Source: Marsupella aquatica
Taxonomy: Eukaryota; Plantae; Marchantiophyta
Assembly: GCA_973895155.1 (NCBI GenBank)
Contig: OZ316893.1
Coordinates: 12,416,359 to 12,480,358 of the forward strand
Length of the DNA: 64,000 nt
Direction of reading: 5' to 3'
Positions 51,178 to 64,000 of the stretch are shown piece after piece (position 1 is the stretch's first letter; each line of letters opens with the position of its first letter). The position numbers and the translations under genes are program-made. The notes beneath the pieces were generated by a model that saw only the letters and a list, made by a program, of their open reading frames with translations, was not told the DNA's origin and ran no database searches.

Positions 51178-52534
51178 TACAAGATGTTCTGTTTTTTTTC
51201 TGTGGAGTTTTAAGTGCACAACATGCAAAAATAATCTGTTAAACAACAACAATAATTTGATGAGTGAAAACCCTTGATAATTGTTCTGACTTATTGGTAA
51301 GCGCACAATTTCCCCAACAATTTCATCAGCTAATACTTCCTGATAAGTGCATGGCAATTTTCTGAGTTAATGCTGCACTTATGGGCTAGGGGCACGCAAG
51401 GATGGACAATTTAGGGTGGGAGCTTCAGAGAATGTTCACTGACTCCCTTAACATTTAACCATACACTCTTATCAATACAAGCTTAATTGCATGTTTTTTC
51501 ACTTATCATGTAGTGCAAACTCTCTTCTAAGTGCACAATGGATGCTTTCCCCCAGGATTGTGCTGAGCAAGACTACGGTATCACACTGCCCCAAACAGAA
51601 AGTGCCAAACATCCCAAAGGCTACAGACCCAATAAAGGGAAGAAATCAAGGTAAAAATCCAGGAGTACCAAAGAGCTCTCCAAAATGCATTAGAGTAGGT
51701 GGCAGTCCCTTGGGAGGTCAGATTCTCCAAGGATATGATGTCCCACAAAGCAATCAGCACCATTGGATCTTCTGACATTAAATGAGTATTGTTGGATGTG
51801 GTGATCTAGGGTCTCAAAGAAGTGAGGAAGGTGACTGATTTGGTACAAAATATCTTCTGTCGTCCTTTGTATAGGCAGCCAACCCAAATCTTTGGTATGA
51901 GTCTGGGAAAAATTCACTAGTAGAATTTGGATTGGTTGTATGGATTTAGAATAAATAGCTCGACTTTGATAAAAACACCATTTTGAGATTCCATCCAAGT
52001 TCAAATGTCGGATCACGATCCCATCCAAGCTTATGGCTCTGCATTTTGGTTTATGATTAGCCACTCCCCAAATGAAAAGTTTACTTGATAGGACCCCTGA
52101 AGTTTTAGGTACATTGATTCAAGGTCTCTCAAGGTCAATCAACGGTCTGGATCACTCAGGGTTCTATAAGCAAAACTTTTCATTTTGGGGTCTCATCAAG
52201 CAACCTCATTTGTACACCAGTGACATTTTGCCTCATTTTGGTGCCTTATATATATGAGGGCCAACCACATTTTTGTGGCTAATAATTATCACCTCGACAT
52301 GAGTATAGTCTACAATAGAACCTGTCTTGTTGAATGGGGTGAACAGAAAGTTGTAATGCATTTAAATTCTCACAGGGAAATTATTTACAACGATTGACAA
52401 TATCGATGCATATTAATGTCGAAATCCGTACGACTTGTGATATGGCTGCCCGCAGCCCGCGGCCATTGCCCGACACTAGAACGAATATAATTACAATTAA
52501 AAGAGCCTGACCAGCTGTGCAGCAGATGCTGCCT

Positions 52535-52600
52535 GAGTGTTAGTCGAGTAGACTTGGGCCCAACAGGGCAGGGGTTCGATCGAATCCTGCCTGACACAGT
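52535..52600 (+). other. Decayed tRNA-like / SINE head
   Basis: A-box-like TAGTCGAGTAG and B-box-like GGTTCGATCGAATCC, ending CTGACA; no intact cloverleaf. Confidence 0.3.
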
Positions 52601-55366
52601 TCTCTTTTGTAACAAACCCCACCCAAAAGTGGGGTTCATTCATCAACTTTGACACTTAGAAAAAATTTATGTCCACATTCTTTCGTGGGCAGCCAACAGG
52701 GATGGTTGTGGGCAGGGAGCATGTGAGCCTCGATATTGTCATTCGCGCTGAATGGGAAATTCCTCACAGAATAGTTCAGAATCCCCAAATATTCAAATTC
52801 CATGAACTAGTTTGTCTCAAAGACTGCGAATAGAAGAATAGTCAGAGTTTCCAAATATTCACATTCCATAATTCCAGCTAAAGTTGTCTTTCTCAAGGGC
52901 GAACACGCAAGCAAGGGAAGTGAACGAGGTAGCAGGGTGGTGGGTTTTACCATGAATTCTGAGTGAGCTTCACGTCTCACTCATGTCATTACTCTAGTTG
53001 ATTAGTTTTCAGACTGTAGTCATTTGAAAGGAACAACACCAAGGGCTAGGATATTGCATGTACTCAAACTTATGTCACATTCACGGTATGTGCTAATGAT
53101 TGATGTCTTATTCAGAGTAGGACTGCATCAGAGTATGGGATGTTAGCTTTTTGCCAAGGCTCGGTTGTGCTATATGCGAGATCTGAAGTTCAAGCTTTGG
53201 CACCAACGTCGGCATGAATTTATTGCGAAGGCCCCAATTCTTTTGAATTGGACGCTGTTGAAAAATTCAGATAATTCGTTTAGCCGTCTTCTTTTCCAGG
53301 CATTAGGATATAGAAAAGTTGCTAGATTTCCTATTGTATATACAAATCTACTTCCTGTAGCTGGCGGAGATTTCGAACAAAGTGACTGTTTGGGACTGCA
53401 GAACTGTAAGATACACTCGCCCCCAGTAATCACAAGATGGTGCTTTGTGTTTTTCCAGGCCATTGCACACCATATGGAGTTCATGGGCCACTTTCCATCT
53501 TCTGCACTGAACTCTCATTTCCTGGAAATAGTCTTTCCGTCACTATGAGCCTGATTGGTACAGAACTCAAGTCCCACTGCGAACCTGCGAACCGTGCTCA
53601 TTTATGTTTCTTCTTCTATTTGTAAGAAATCCCGTAATTTGAACATGCTATACATCTTTCCTGAATCACATGACGGAATTCAATGCTAAATCATCTACAG
53701 TACTTCCCCTTGCGAATCAGCTGATCGTCCCTGTTTGTGTCATACATGGCAACATAAGCCGCTGTACGACATTGAATTCTTATAATTCTCGTGTTGACAC
53801 TACATCTCTTTCGAGTTCTCATCGTCACAATTTTCCGTCCAATCCCCATGGGCATCATTGCGCCCTTCCACCAGCAAAGGAATGACACGCATCTCAACTT
53901 TAGCTGAAACCGTGTCCCTGTTAAGGCATCCAACGTCCTTATGCGATCATAACACAAGTTAACATGCTGTGAATACCAAAAGTTTGGGTTGCGTAGTCAT
54001 GAAGTGACGGGATCGAAGAAAAACAGGACTTCAGATTCGTCTGCAGAGCTGGGCCGATTCTAAGAGAGCCTACCCACCAAAATCCGCAAAGGAACTTTCA
54101 AAAACCAGTTCAGCACTGTTCACAAACCCTAAACACATTAGTGCCGCACATCCTCTGCTACAGCATAGTCTTACAAAGATGAGTATAACGTCACCAGAGC
54201 CAAGCCTCTTGAATTTTACACCAGTCGGCACATCCCAGTATCTCATGTGTAGCCATCAAAAAACCATGAGTACGCCAATATATATCTGAAAGCTCACTAA
54301 GGTGCTGGAGTATTTTGAACGAGTATCCCGGATTTGAGATGAGTACCGCAAGAGCTCGAATCTACACTTCCACGACAACCAAAATTTGACTTTTAAACTG
54401 CTTAAAGCAATGACCCAAACCTCGGACTAGAAACAGGTCCAGTGTGCACATGGTAATTGCGTGATAAGACAATTGTGTTGCATGAAGATGTAATGGAACT
54501 GGAATGATTGTGGTCCTTCTGAGGAAATCTGCTTTGGACTAGATTATGTTTCATCCTGTAAAAATCAACGCTGTGATGGAGTACAGTAAAGAGAACAAGG
54601 TCAAATGCCAAGGGAGTTGACAAGAACGCATTCCTTTCAACATTAACAGCAGCACTCGAACCGCACCAAAACATAATTTATACATACTTTCTCACAACTA
54701 CCGATTCAAACTGGTCTGAGCTACGCCTGCATACCTTCCATAGATCTTGTCGCTATCAAAGAATGGAGCCTCTGCATCTAACACAACTACCAACTCATGC
54801 GCTGGATTGTGTTTTTGAATTCCGAACTGAGCACTACCTCCAAGCATGAATACCAACTAGAAAAAAGAGTAGAGCTTGGACAACGTGGAAACCTTGTTCT
54901 AGAGAACAGCCCTGTAGAATTCACACAGTGCCTTCTAAACCCAACAAATAGGTGATGCCAAATAAGCATCGTGGGGAATAAAAATAAGTATGGATCAGGT
55001 CTAATGCTGCTAGGGAAATTCGCCGTCACCATGGCCTATGACCGCCACGGCCCCTAGTTAGCTCCTGCATTACCACAGTCATAAGGTCGGTGACCACAGC
55101 GAAGTGCCAATCGCCCATGGACAGAGCATATAAATCGAATTTCAGCATCCATTTGGAATTCCGACACACCCGCCAAATCACCACCAACCAACGAATCGAA
55201 CTCAGATTGAGCAAGGGATGGGAAGGGTAGACTGGCGTCACCACCAAGGGCGGCACAACACACTAACTGTGGGTGTGCAGAAGGGCAAGGAGTACCCAGA
55301 TGCAGTTTTTTCTAGTAATGAGGAAGGACCTCACAGTTCCAAAAAAAGGGTCACCTTTACGCAATG

Positions 55367-56746
55367 CTATAGTAGAACTAAACCCAGTTCGGAGGGCTTT
55401 AATTGGCCCTTCAGGCGGTAGTTGTACAGATAGTAGTGCAGATGCCCATCTCCAGCCCCAAACTTCAACTCTTTCAAGAAAGGCTCGTTCTGCATGATGT
55501 CCAGGGCATTGAACACATCATATTCCTTACTCTTGGCGATGACAAGAGCATCATTCATGAGGTTCAGTAGAGGAGTGGAAGTGGCCACATTGTAATACGA
55601 GTAGGCCGCCTTGAGCAAGGAGTGATTCTCATTTCCAATAATAGTCGAGGGCAATGTGTAGAAGCTGCAAAAATCGGTAATCTCATGGCTTGTGGGATTC
55701 TCCACCACATAGCTGTTCAACACGTTCTCAATGGGGAGCAAGTACTCCACATCGTCTTCGCGAAACGCCGGGGCAACCTCGTAATGGACAAGATGCTCTT
55801 GTAGCAAACGAGTCACGGCTGCCACATCCCGTCTTTCCATGGGCCGAAACCCGGGCGTCGACGTCTCCTCCGGCAACCGGTAGAGCTTAATAGTCCGACT
55901 CATGGTCATCCGCGGAGCGAGCCTGGAGAAACCAACATCAATTAGCTTCTTGGGATTCAGAGATCGGTGATAATACTGGCAAGTGCAAATCGGAGTTGGG
56001 AGCACCACTCCGGCCGTATACGCGGCCTGCCAAATATTCTGCAAATGTACTCTTCTCGTCACCTCCTTGATTAACACCGGCGCGAGCCGCTTGGATCTAA
56101 GCTTCTTGTGCACACACAGGAAATTGATCTCCGCCATCGACACCACCTCATTCCTCGTGCGGATGCGAGCCGGAATCCCCGTAATGAATGCCACAAGCTT
56201 CTTATTTCCTTTTGCCCTAACCCCAATGTGCCAATCCGGGAAGTAGCCAGGGGGTTGGAGCGCCCAGCGGAGGAATTCTATAGAATAATCAAACCTAAAC
56301 ATGTTGTCGTCGTCCTCCACGTAATTGTTTGTGAGCAGAGTGTAGATTTCTTTCATGGTCGCGTCGTTCGTGATGTCGCAGGTGCTCCACTCGTAGTTCG
56401 ACGGGAGATTGTACGGCTCTGTGCGAACGTCTGCCACATCCTGAGGGGGTTCGATTGAGCCCTCCTCCAGATCAATTTTCTCTCTATCCTTGAACTGCCC
56501 TACCGGTTGCGTCTCCCAAAACATGTGCTTCTTCTCCAATGCCAACGCTTTCTGCGCCTTCTTGCTCAAACTGTTAATACTACCGCGACCAAACTCCGTC
56601 AGCCCCCCACCCCCCGGCGCCACCTCGTTGGAGCTGTTCGCCCCGCTAATCGACTCCTCCCCTGCTGCCGCCGCTGCTGCTGCTGCTCCTCCTCCTCCGA
56701 TCCCTCCATCACTACTACTACTCGCAGGCTTCTTCTTGCCCGCCAT
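55367..56746 (-). CDS. NMT1: Glycylpeptide N-tetradecanoyltransferase (N-myristoyltransferase), intronless CDS
   Basis: FWETQPV, NYVEDDDNMFRFDYS, EINFLCVHKKLRSKRLAPVLIKE, KFGAGDG, C-terminal GLVLL; first ATG at 56746 (MAGKKK). Confidence 0.97.
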   Translation of the reverse strand: MAGKKKPASSSSDGGIGGGGAAAAAAAAGEESISGANSSNEVAPGGGGLTEFGRGSINSLSKKAQKALALEKKHMFWETQPVGQFKDREKIDLEEGSIEPPQDVADVRTEPYNLPSNYEWSTCDITNDATMKEIYTLLTNNYVEDDDNMFRFDYSIEFLRWALQPPGYFPDWHIGVRAKGNKKLVAFITGIPARIRTRNEVVSMAEINFLCVHKKLRSKRLAPVLIKEVTRRVHLQNIWQAAYTAGVVLPTPICTCQYYHRSLNPKKLIDVGFSRLAPRMTMSRTIKLYRLPEETSTPGFRPMERRDVAAVTRLLQEHLVHYEVAPAFREDDVEYLLPIENVLNSYVVENPTSHEITDFCSFYTLPSTIIGNENHSLLKAAYSYYNVATSTPLLNLMNDALVIAKSKEYDVFNALDIMQNEPFLKELKFGAGDGHLHYYLYNYRLKGQLKPSELGLVLL

Positions 56747-57512
56747 CTCGAAAATCCAATTCAATTTCAAGCTACGGAGAAATTCCGATTCGACCTCAAA
56801 TCCTCTGCGGCTCTTCCGATCTCGTCACTCTTCGTGCGACGATCACTCTACTCTCCCATCCTCCGCCTGCTCCTCACGAAAGAATTGAGAGTACCATCCA
56901 ATTCTCTTTCTCCTCCTCCCTAAAATCGACCCATTCCGCTCAAAAACTTGCGGAAAAACTCCAGAACCAGGAGACAACTGAAGTCCCTTTTCTCCCTCCT
57001 TGTCAATGTGCTTCTACTCTACTGAACTTTGCTCCTCTCCTCTCTTCTCCTCGGTTTCCTCGTTCCTCCTCATCATCTTCTCTGCTCTTCTCGTCTCCTC
57101 GTTTTCTCTGTTTTCTTCTCCGTTCCAAACCTCAGTGCTTTGAATTGCAACTCTAGGGTTCCTGACTTCCTGACAAATCTAATCCCACACTGTCGATATT
57201 AAATACTCGATTCTTCTTAAATACGTTCGAACGTTCCTTCTTCCACTAAACAAATCAATCCTGGCCATTCAAAGAAATCCGTGAGGTGAGAAGCTCCCTC
57301 AGATCACGATCCCCGCGATCGCGTAAATGATTAGTTAACGGGTGACCATGGTTGAACTGCTTACTTACTTAAGTGTAACTGCAGTAGTGCTGTCGCCGTC
57401 AGCCTCCGTCTACCAGTGAGCTTCGCTCTCTCCTGAGCAACGACCGGCTATCACCGGTTGAGAATGTTCTTGCCTGTCCAGCTGCAAGTGACTTGTGAGA
57501 ATGACCGGTCAT

Positions 57513-57637
57513 TCCTCCATGGCTGAGTAACTACGCTTCGGCACAGGTATCGGCGATGGTGTGGCCTTCTCCTCCATGGCTGAGTAACTACGCTTCGGCA
57601 CAGGTATCGGCGATGGTGTGGCCTTCTCCTCCATGGC
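57513..57637. repeat. Exact 57-bp tandem duplication upstream of NMT1
   Basis: TCCTCCATGGCTGAGTAACTACGCTTCGGCACAGGTATCGGCGATGGTGTGGCCTTC twice plus TCCTCCATGGC. Confidence 0.95.
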
Positions 57638-58500
57638 AGGGACCAGTGACTGACCACTCCCGTCGACCAGTCAGTTACAGTCACTCTCAAGGAATGACCA
57701 GGCTACAGGGTTCATGACTCAGAAAAGTTTCCTGGCTGTCGCCGGTCAGCATTTCCTCACTTTCTGGTCACAGGGTTACATGCTAGTAACTCCAGACCAA
57801 ACCTTCAATACCCTATACTTACGAAGCATTTATATAGGTTGTTCCGTGAGTTTTTGTTTTGACCTTTCACCATTTTATGTTCCTGCCCGTACCTCACTTA
57901 AGGTCCTGTTTTGACACACCTATTACTCACTATTTCTCACTTCATTCATGCACGGGTGCTGTGGGGACTCGACCACTACTGCGGCCACTAGTTGGAATTC
58001 AACCCTGGGTTGGGGCGCCAGCCAATGGGAGAGGTGGCTTTGTTTGGGAAGCTAGGTTGAATGTAACTACATACTGTTGGGGGGCAGTATGCAAAATAGA
58101 ATAGTTTGGGGGGTAGATTAGTAAAAAGCTGATGTCCAGAATAATGCAATGTAATTCTCTTTCATGTTTTATGTAAAACGCCCTGATAGGAGGAGAGTAT
58201 TGCATCAAACATTGTTTTATCAAATGACACTTTTCTTTTGTATGAATGAAGCCAGTAAGTGCTGGGATTGTTGTGCACAGTCTCTTTCCCAAGGGAACCC
58301 TTTGCCTTTTAACTTTCATCGCTAACTTTGCAACAGGTCCAACGGCACTAGAAGATTACCCAGGTTTCTCATGCTGTGGATTCCGAATGCTTAGCTAATG
58401 ATTGAGGGTCTTTGAGGCATAGCAGAACTAGTGTAGTTCAAAGTCACCTCCCCTTAGGCTGCTTTGAGCTTTGAAAGCCAACCAACCTCCCGTTGCTTCC

Positions 58501-58649
58501 ACTTAGTTGCCAACCTAGGGCTTTCTCATCATTCATGCTCACTGGTCGGTGTAACAACTTGCTGGGGATCGCTTACACTTAGTTGCCAACCTAGGGCTTT
58601 CTCATCATTCATGAGCTCACTGGTCGGTGTAACAACTTGCTGGGGATCT
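58501..58649. repeat. ~76-bp tandem duplication
   Basis: ACTTAGTTGCCAACCTAGGGCTTTCTCATCATTCATG..CTCACTGGTCGGTGTAACAACTTGCTGGGGATC occurs twice. Confidence 0.9.
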
Positions 58650-60522
58650 TCAACGTGATCACAACATCTTGATGGTCAAGTGATGAAGGTAGTTCTCTCA
58701 TATATACTTTTGCCGACCTGCTACCCCGGACCAGCTTAGGTCCATTGTTTTTTACAGGAAGGCTTAGGAGCCTATCCTCTTACGTGCACATTAGCGCTGT
58801 GGAACTCTACTCCATGTGCGTTGCAGCACCTCAGTCCAGCGCGCAGTCCAGCAGATGCGTCGCCCAAAGTACTCTAGACTTCAACAAGCCATAACATGAG
58901 ATCTTGATGTCCATTATGGACATAATTCATTGCATTACACATGGGTTGATTCAGTGTTCATCTCTAAGCTATGGGGTCTGACTTCCACCCAACTTGCCCA
59001 GATGATGATAACTTCCATGCCTTTGCTTCCTTGACTAGAGAATACTAGCATCTGCAACAGAGATCCTCAAACTTTCTCCTGTATTTTTTAATGATATATG
59101 TCACACCTTATCATCAAAATCAAAGTCCCAAGATCAGATGGGCTATAAACATGCTTGTTGTGTGAAGGCAATACTTTGTAGCTTTAGATGCATGTCGTCC
59201 TAGTGAAAACACACATTTCCAAATGCCCCATGCAAGCTTAGGAACAATGTCTGACCAAAAGATGAAGATCTAATCTAAGCTCATAATTCTCAAAATCATG
59301 AAGTTGTAAATTCATCCACTTGACCAAGGAAATATTTCCTTACAACATTTTGTGTATTTTTTAATATATTGGCCACGAAAACCCCATGGCAGAGGAAACA
59401 CAGAAGTCCAAAAAGACTCACCTAAGCATCAGCCAGCACAGAAAGCCCTGGCCAAGGAAATATTTAGTTAGTCATTGCAACTCCTGTCAAAGATAATACT
59501 TCTTTTTTGCAGACAATGCTTGTTGAAGTGAATATCTTTTAGTAGTGTTGCTCTTATTATTAGAAGAGGGTATGGTTAATGTGTAGCATGGAGCTCCCAT
59601 TTCCCAGTATAGTGCCTTATCAATATGCATGGTAAAATACAGTACCTGTCATTCCTTAGCGTTGAACCATCAAGGTTTATGGAGATGGGACAAAAGTCCC
59701 TATGAAATCACATGAGACATCAAAGTTTCCACCTTAATCTTGCTATAAGTTTCACTGAGCATTTACTAATGATGCCATGGCCCGTCAGACCACCTTGCAT
59801 GGGATAGCCTTTTGTATTGTTTAAACAAGGGCATAAACGAAGTGAAAACATGAGGACATCGTCCAGTTTCGCCCTGGGCTCATACACGAGCGGGGCTGTA
59901 ATATTTCCACGAAACAGAATTTTCAGAAGTGTAGATTCTATTTGCAAGGAATGGACCCTGGAGCGTGGGCAGCTCGATCCAAGGAGACAGACCAGGTGCA
60001 GTCCAGTCAGGCCCATTCGGATCCAACTTCGGTCCACTTTTCTCAGTTCAACGAACGAGATAGCATGGCAGATGCAAGAGGGACACGCAGTAAGACCGTG
60101 AAGTACTATAGTCGTGTCTGAAGGCATAAATCCAAAGCCCGAGCTTCAGTCAGCCATTGATCCACAAATCATGAGCATGAAGCTCATCTCGTTTCGGTTA
60201 TGGTCATTTGGCAGAAACGTGAGTTGTGCGCGTGGTCTGGCTTGCAAGCAAGATAGCTACAGCGGTAAAGAAAGCCCAACCGTTACACAACAAACAATAC
60301 TCAGATATTGACTTATGTTAACAAAACTTTTCCTTTCAAGATTTCTAGGAGATGAGCTTGTATTGAAATTTAGTGTTCACCTATTGGGGGGGGTGGTGCG
60401 GGGGGTCTGCATGGACATGAATTTGCTTCAACAGCTACTACCTAAAGAATCTACAGATTAGTTGTCCAGACCCTGTTTCTTCTCATTCACAAGGACGCAA
60501 ATACAATGATACAAGAATGAAG

Positions 60523-63068
60523 CTAAGATCCCCATACGCCTCGTATAGGGGCAGCCCTGGCATGAGTTCCAGAACTGAGTTCGTACAAAATTCGTGCAAA
60601 TATGTCAGACATGCGTACATCTTGCAGTGCCACTTCAACAAAACTGTTCTCGTAAGACATTAGAATGCCTCGGTTTTGAGGCTCTGATGCAAGACTCTCC
60701 AGAGTAAGAGAAGCTTTTCGACATATCTCTGTCATAGCATGTGGTGTCTGGACCACCCTCAACAACCGACTAATTGCCCTGCCGATAAAGTTCATCCAAA
60801 GCCCAGGTACAGATTTGATGTGAGTAACTCAGTCGTGACCGAAAATCCTTTAAAAATAAACTTAAAGAGCGACATAAAGTAATCTTTCTCTGAGGAAAAC
60901 ACTGTGAGCTAAAACCATTCCAAAAAAACCGATCAAGATACCAGAATCGTCCAGAGCATACCAGCGCTCATTGGCAAGGCGCAGTCTACAGTCCATGTTG
61001 ATCTCTGCAAAGTTATACAAGGCTGCTACAGCAGCTGCTTGTGCATCCGGCCCTGGCAAGCCCATTAGATCCACCAACCGCTTGTATATCTGGAACAGAA
61101 CGCACAGCAATAGATTCTCTAAATAAGCACCTGAAAAGCATGAACCTTTGAAAACAATTAAGAAGTAACTCCAGCAAGTGCACCTCCTATCGGCCCCAAT
61201 CAAGGACTGGGTTGAACGAAACCTGGGGGACAAACGGGAGAAGGAATGGCTCATTGTCGGGATTGACAACTAGTCTACCGAGCAATTCTGCTGCGGAACA
61301 GTGCCATGCCCGCACTTGTGAAGCCAGCATCCCGAAAATAGCCAGTATTGCTCTTTTGACCCTGTGCAGAAAAATGCAAAACACCACATGAAGGTCTTGA
61401 AAACGAACGGAGTTAATTCCAGTATGAGAACCAACAGCAGTTTGTACTCTCCTCGGCAACTGAAACAAGTGCAAATGGTCGTACATGGTGGAGGGGAACA
61501 AAAAGTTGTGCCTTAACAAGCATCGAAAAAACCCTTTGTTTACTTACATTATGCGACCTTTAGGAGGAGAGTCGATAGTCTCACCAAAGATCTTCAAAAC
61601 CAGAAATGGTGCCAGATTTACAATAGTGTCCAGCGCATTGGTCACAAGCTCGATATCCTCTGCAGAACTCCCGGCCCACATTCATAACATAGATGAGACT
61701 CTCGATAACACCTTGTGCCTGACAAATCCAGGGATATACGAAAGCCTTTGCCTAGCAGTGATGTGAATAGATGAATACGGCAAACTAATCAGAGTCTTGG
61801 TTCATTAACGTTAAGAATCTGCTGATGACACGGGCTGGCAATCTTTGTAGGATGACGGCGGCTCATCTACGTGTTCGTCGTTGCTTACCACTTTCATGAT
61901 CCTCCATACATACAACCAGAGTCTCCAACAACGCACGATGTTGTGCCATTGTTTGCTCGTTCTCGGGCATGAACGAGAAGTTCCGTATCACATTTGATGC
62001 AGCTACGGCACACTGTTGTCGATCTGATCGCCCTACCTCGTCCAAATTGAAAAGCCCTTCCTCGTCCCACCACCAGTCCAAAGGCTTCTGTGGACCCTTA
62101 GCTTCTGTCCCTGGATCCTCTGCTGGCCAGTTCTCGGGTATTGTCCTGCCATAGAAAACCTCTTAAGCACTTGATACCCGAGAGTTCAGTAGAAATTTCC
62201 CATCGACGTTGAATTCTCAAATAGTTGATTTCACTCATGGGACTCAAAAAGCAAATTCTGCAGCTGGCAAATACTCCGAGTTTCCTTTTTCACTCTCAAA
62301 CCTAGAATATTGGCAGAGCAACTTTTTCGGAGCTTAGATGGCGGCTGCCTTGGAGGTATGTAAGCGATGACAGTAAAGCCGAAAGAGTAACGATGACTAC
62401 ACACATTCGGGTGTCCAGTATCCAGACTGGGTGCCGTCATGGACTTCCAATTGTCGTTCTTCACGTGCGGATGTTCAGCTCCACAGCCTTGAAGGCGAAA
62501 ATAGCGTTTACCCGAGACAAATGATAGTGTTCGCAGAGCATGCGTTGAGAAGCGCGCTCGTATTCTGTCGAATGTGGTGTTTTGGGTGAGAAGATAAGAA
62601 GGTAATAACTCTTGCAAAACCCTCACCTGATGCGATGAATAGGGTCGTCGGGGCTGAGGCTCTCCGACTCCATCCCAAATCCAGTGAAGGGTCGTCCGGC
62701 TCCCAACGTTCGTGGCCGAGCCAGCTTCCCAGTGTCCCTGGTGTGTGCGATATCTCGCCACTCGTTGACCTTCCCTTAAAAAAACAAACCACATCTTATC
62801 AAGGCTCAAGGGAGACGTTCCCATTCGAGAAAGATTGCGTGCAAAGAAAGAGTAATAAGAAAGAATTGAGATAACATAAGGTTTTTCGGTAATACCACAT
62901 GGAGAAGGGCGTCCACAAGGCCCGGTATTTTTGCCAGGGGGCTTGAGTCCTTTCTGTTCTCGGTGTCCTTCTCCTTGAAAGAAAGCATCGTCAGAGTATT
63001 CAGGGCCCAAGTGAGCTCCCCTTTCAACCCGCTCTGCAACGCCATCACCATCCTCTTGTTGTTTTGCT
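60523..63068 (-). CDS. LFR: Armadillo-repeat SWI/SNF-associated protein LEAF AND FLOWER RELATED; first coding exon probably beyond the window
   Basis: Exons EQNNKRMVMALQSGLKGELTWALNTLTMLSFKEK (63068-62896), VNEWRDIA (~62769-62627), WWWDEEGLFNLDEVGR..NVIRNFSFMPENE, EDIELVTNALDTIVNLA, AAELLGRLVVNPDNEPF, YKRLVDL..RLANERW, AISRLL..IRGVWGS*. Confidence 0.93.
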
Positions 63069-64000
63069 CTGCAGCACCAAGGACAGCCCCAGTTCCCATC
63101 GTAGAATAACTCTCTCAGAGCAAATAATTTTCCGGTCCCCGAGCAAGAATGCACTTGCGCGTTCTTCCGATGCAATGAAACACCAGACCAGACCAGACCA
63201 GACCAGACCAGACCAGAAAAAGGGTTTTTCGACAGTATCAACCGAGAATAAAAATAGGGTTGCTGTACCCCAAGGGATAAACTTCTCCCATGCCAATGCT
63301 ACTTCTCCAGGAGTGCAGACGTACACACAAGCGAAATACCCTCTTAGCGAAATACCCTTCTCCTTCTCACTCTTTCGGACAATATGGAGTGAAGTTATCT
63401 AAGCCTTTCGGACAAAGAAGTGTAGTTTTGTGCAGTACACACTAATCTGCCGTCCACGGTTCAACAGAAGTTCGGGAGGTCCCAATCGAAGGGGAAGGAT
63501 TTCACAAGTACAAAGCGGAACAATCCCCACACACAATAACACCGCGATTCACATAATTTCAGAAAATGATGGATATTACGAACATCCTCAGCGACTGTAA
63601 GGGTATTTGTTTTACGGTGAATGGAAAGGATGGAACAACCAATAATAATCCCGTCTATTTGAACGGGCAGCCGCAAGCATTCGTTTAGCTTGCTGCCGGG
63701 AAGGTAGGCCATAGGCCACACCGAAGTGTGCCATCCATCATCCTCGAGGAAGAGGGTGAGTACGACTCTACGTCAGTCACTGAGAGATTCTCCGATTCTG
63801 CATCATATTACTGGTGTAGTCGGACTAGGACTGCTCTGGAGCCTGCTGCTGACAGCAAGTAGATCAACGGGACGGGCGGGTAATCTGGTATGGTACGCTG
63901 CCCCCACCCAGCATAGGAATCCGTGAAGGCAGAATCAGTGTTGATTCTTCTGCAGTGTAGCATTCCGTATTATTTTTTAATTGCGGGATATTGTATCATA

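Noticed and set aside
51500-52320. Trp-rich broken frames suggestive of a LINE ORF2 remnant (similar hints near 8.8-9.3, 14.8-15.3 and 18.3-19.0 kb)
   Set aside because: No diagnostic motif identifiable by eye; needs a translated profile search.
55367-56746. Intronless NMT as a retrocopy
   Set aside because: An intronless NMT1 CDS is also seen in Arabidopsis; the ORF is intact with no poly-A or TSD.
62231-63241. 336-aa ORF
   Set aside because: Runs through LFR introns and off-frame exons and includes a (TCTGG)n repeat.

Overview
Eukaryotic, intron-containing plant nuclear DNA. Gene content and repeat style suggest a seed-free land plant such as a bryophyte, but this is an inference. Four host genes lie on the minus strand: a SWIM-finger/MULE-transposase-derived gene (~1.4-5.5 kb), a peroxisomal-type alpha-crystallin protein similar to ACD31.2/ACD32.1 (27.3-29.8 kb), N-myristoyltransferase (55.4-56.7 kb) and the ARM-repeat SWI/SNF subunit LFR (60.5 kb to beyond the window end). 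They are separated by repeat-rich intergenic DNA with minisatellites, a Helitron-like end and a foldback MITE. The centre (32-51 kb) is a retrotransposon cluster. Its standout is a Ty3/gypsy element whose single gag-pol frame reads Gag-protease-[DNMT3-like C5 cytosine methyltransferase]-RT-RNase H-integrase-[PHD finger]. It therefore carries its own DNA-methylation writer and a chromatin reader, and is broken only by five in-frame point stops. It abuts a second, non-autonomous gag-protease-only element with a tRNA-Asp primer site, an antisense coiled-coil ORF and a large ORF upstream of its PBS. Domain calls come from motif recognition by eye, not database searches, and repeat boundaries are approximate.
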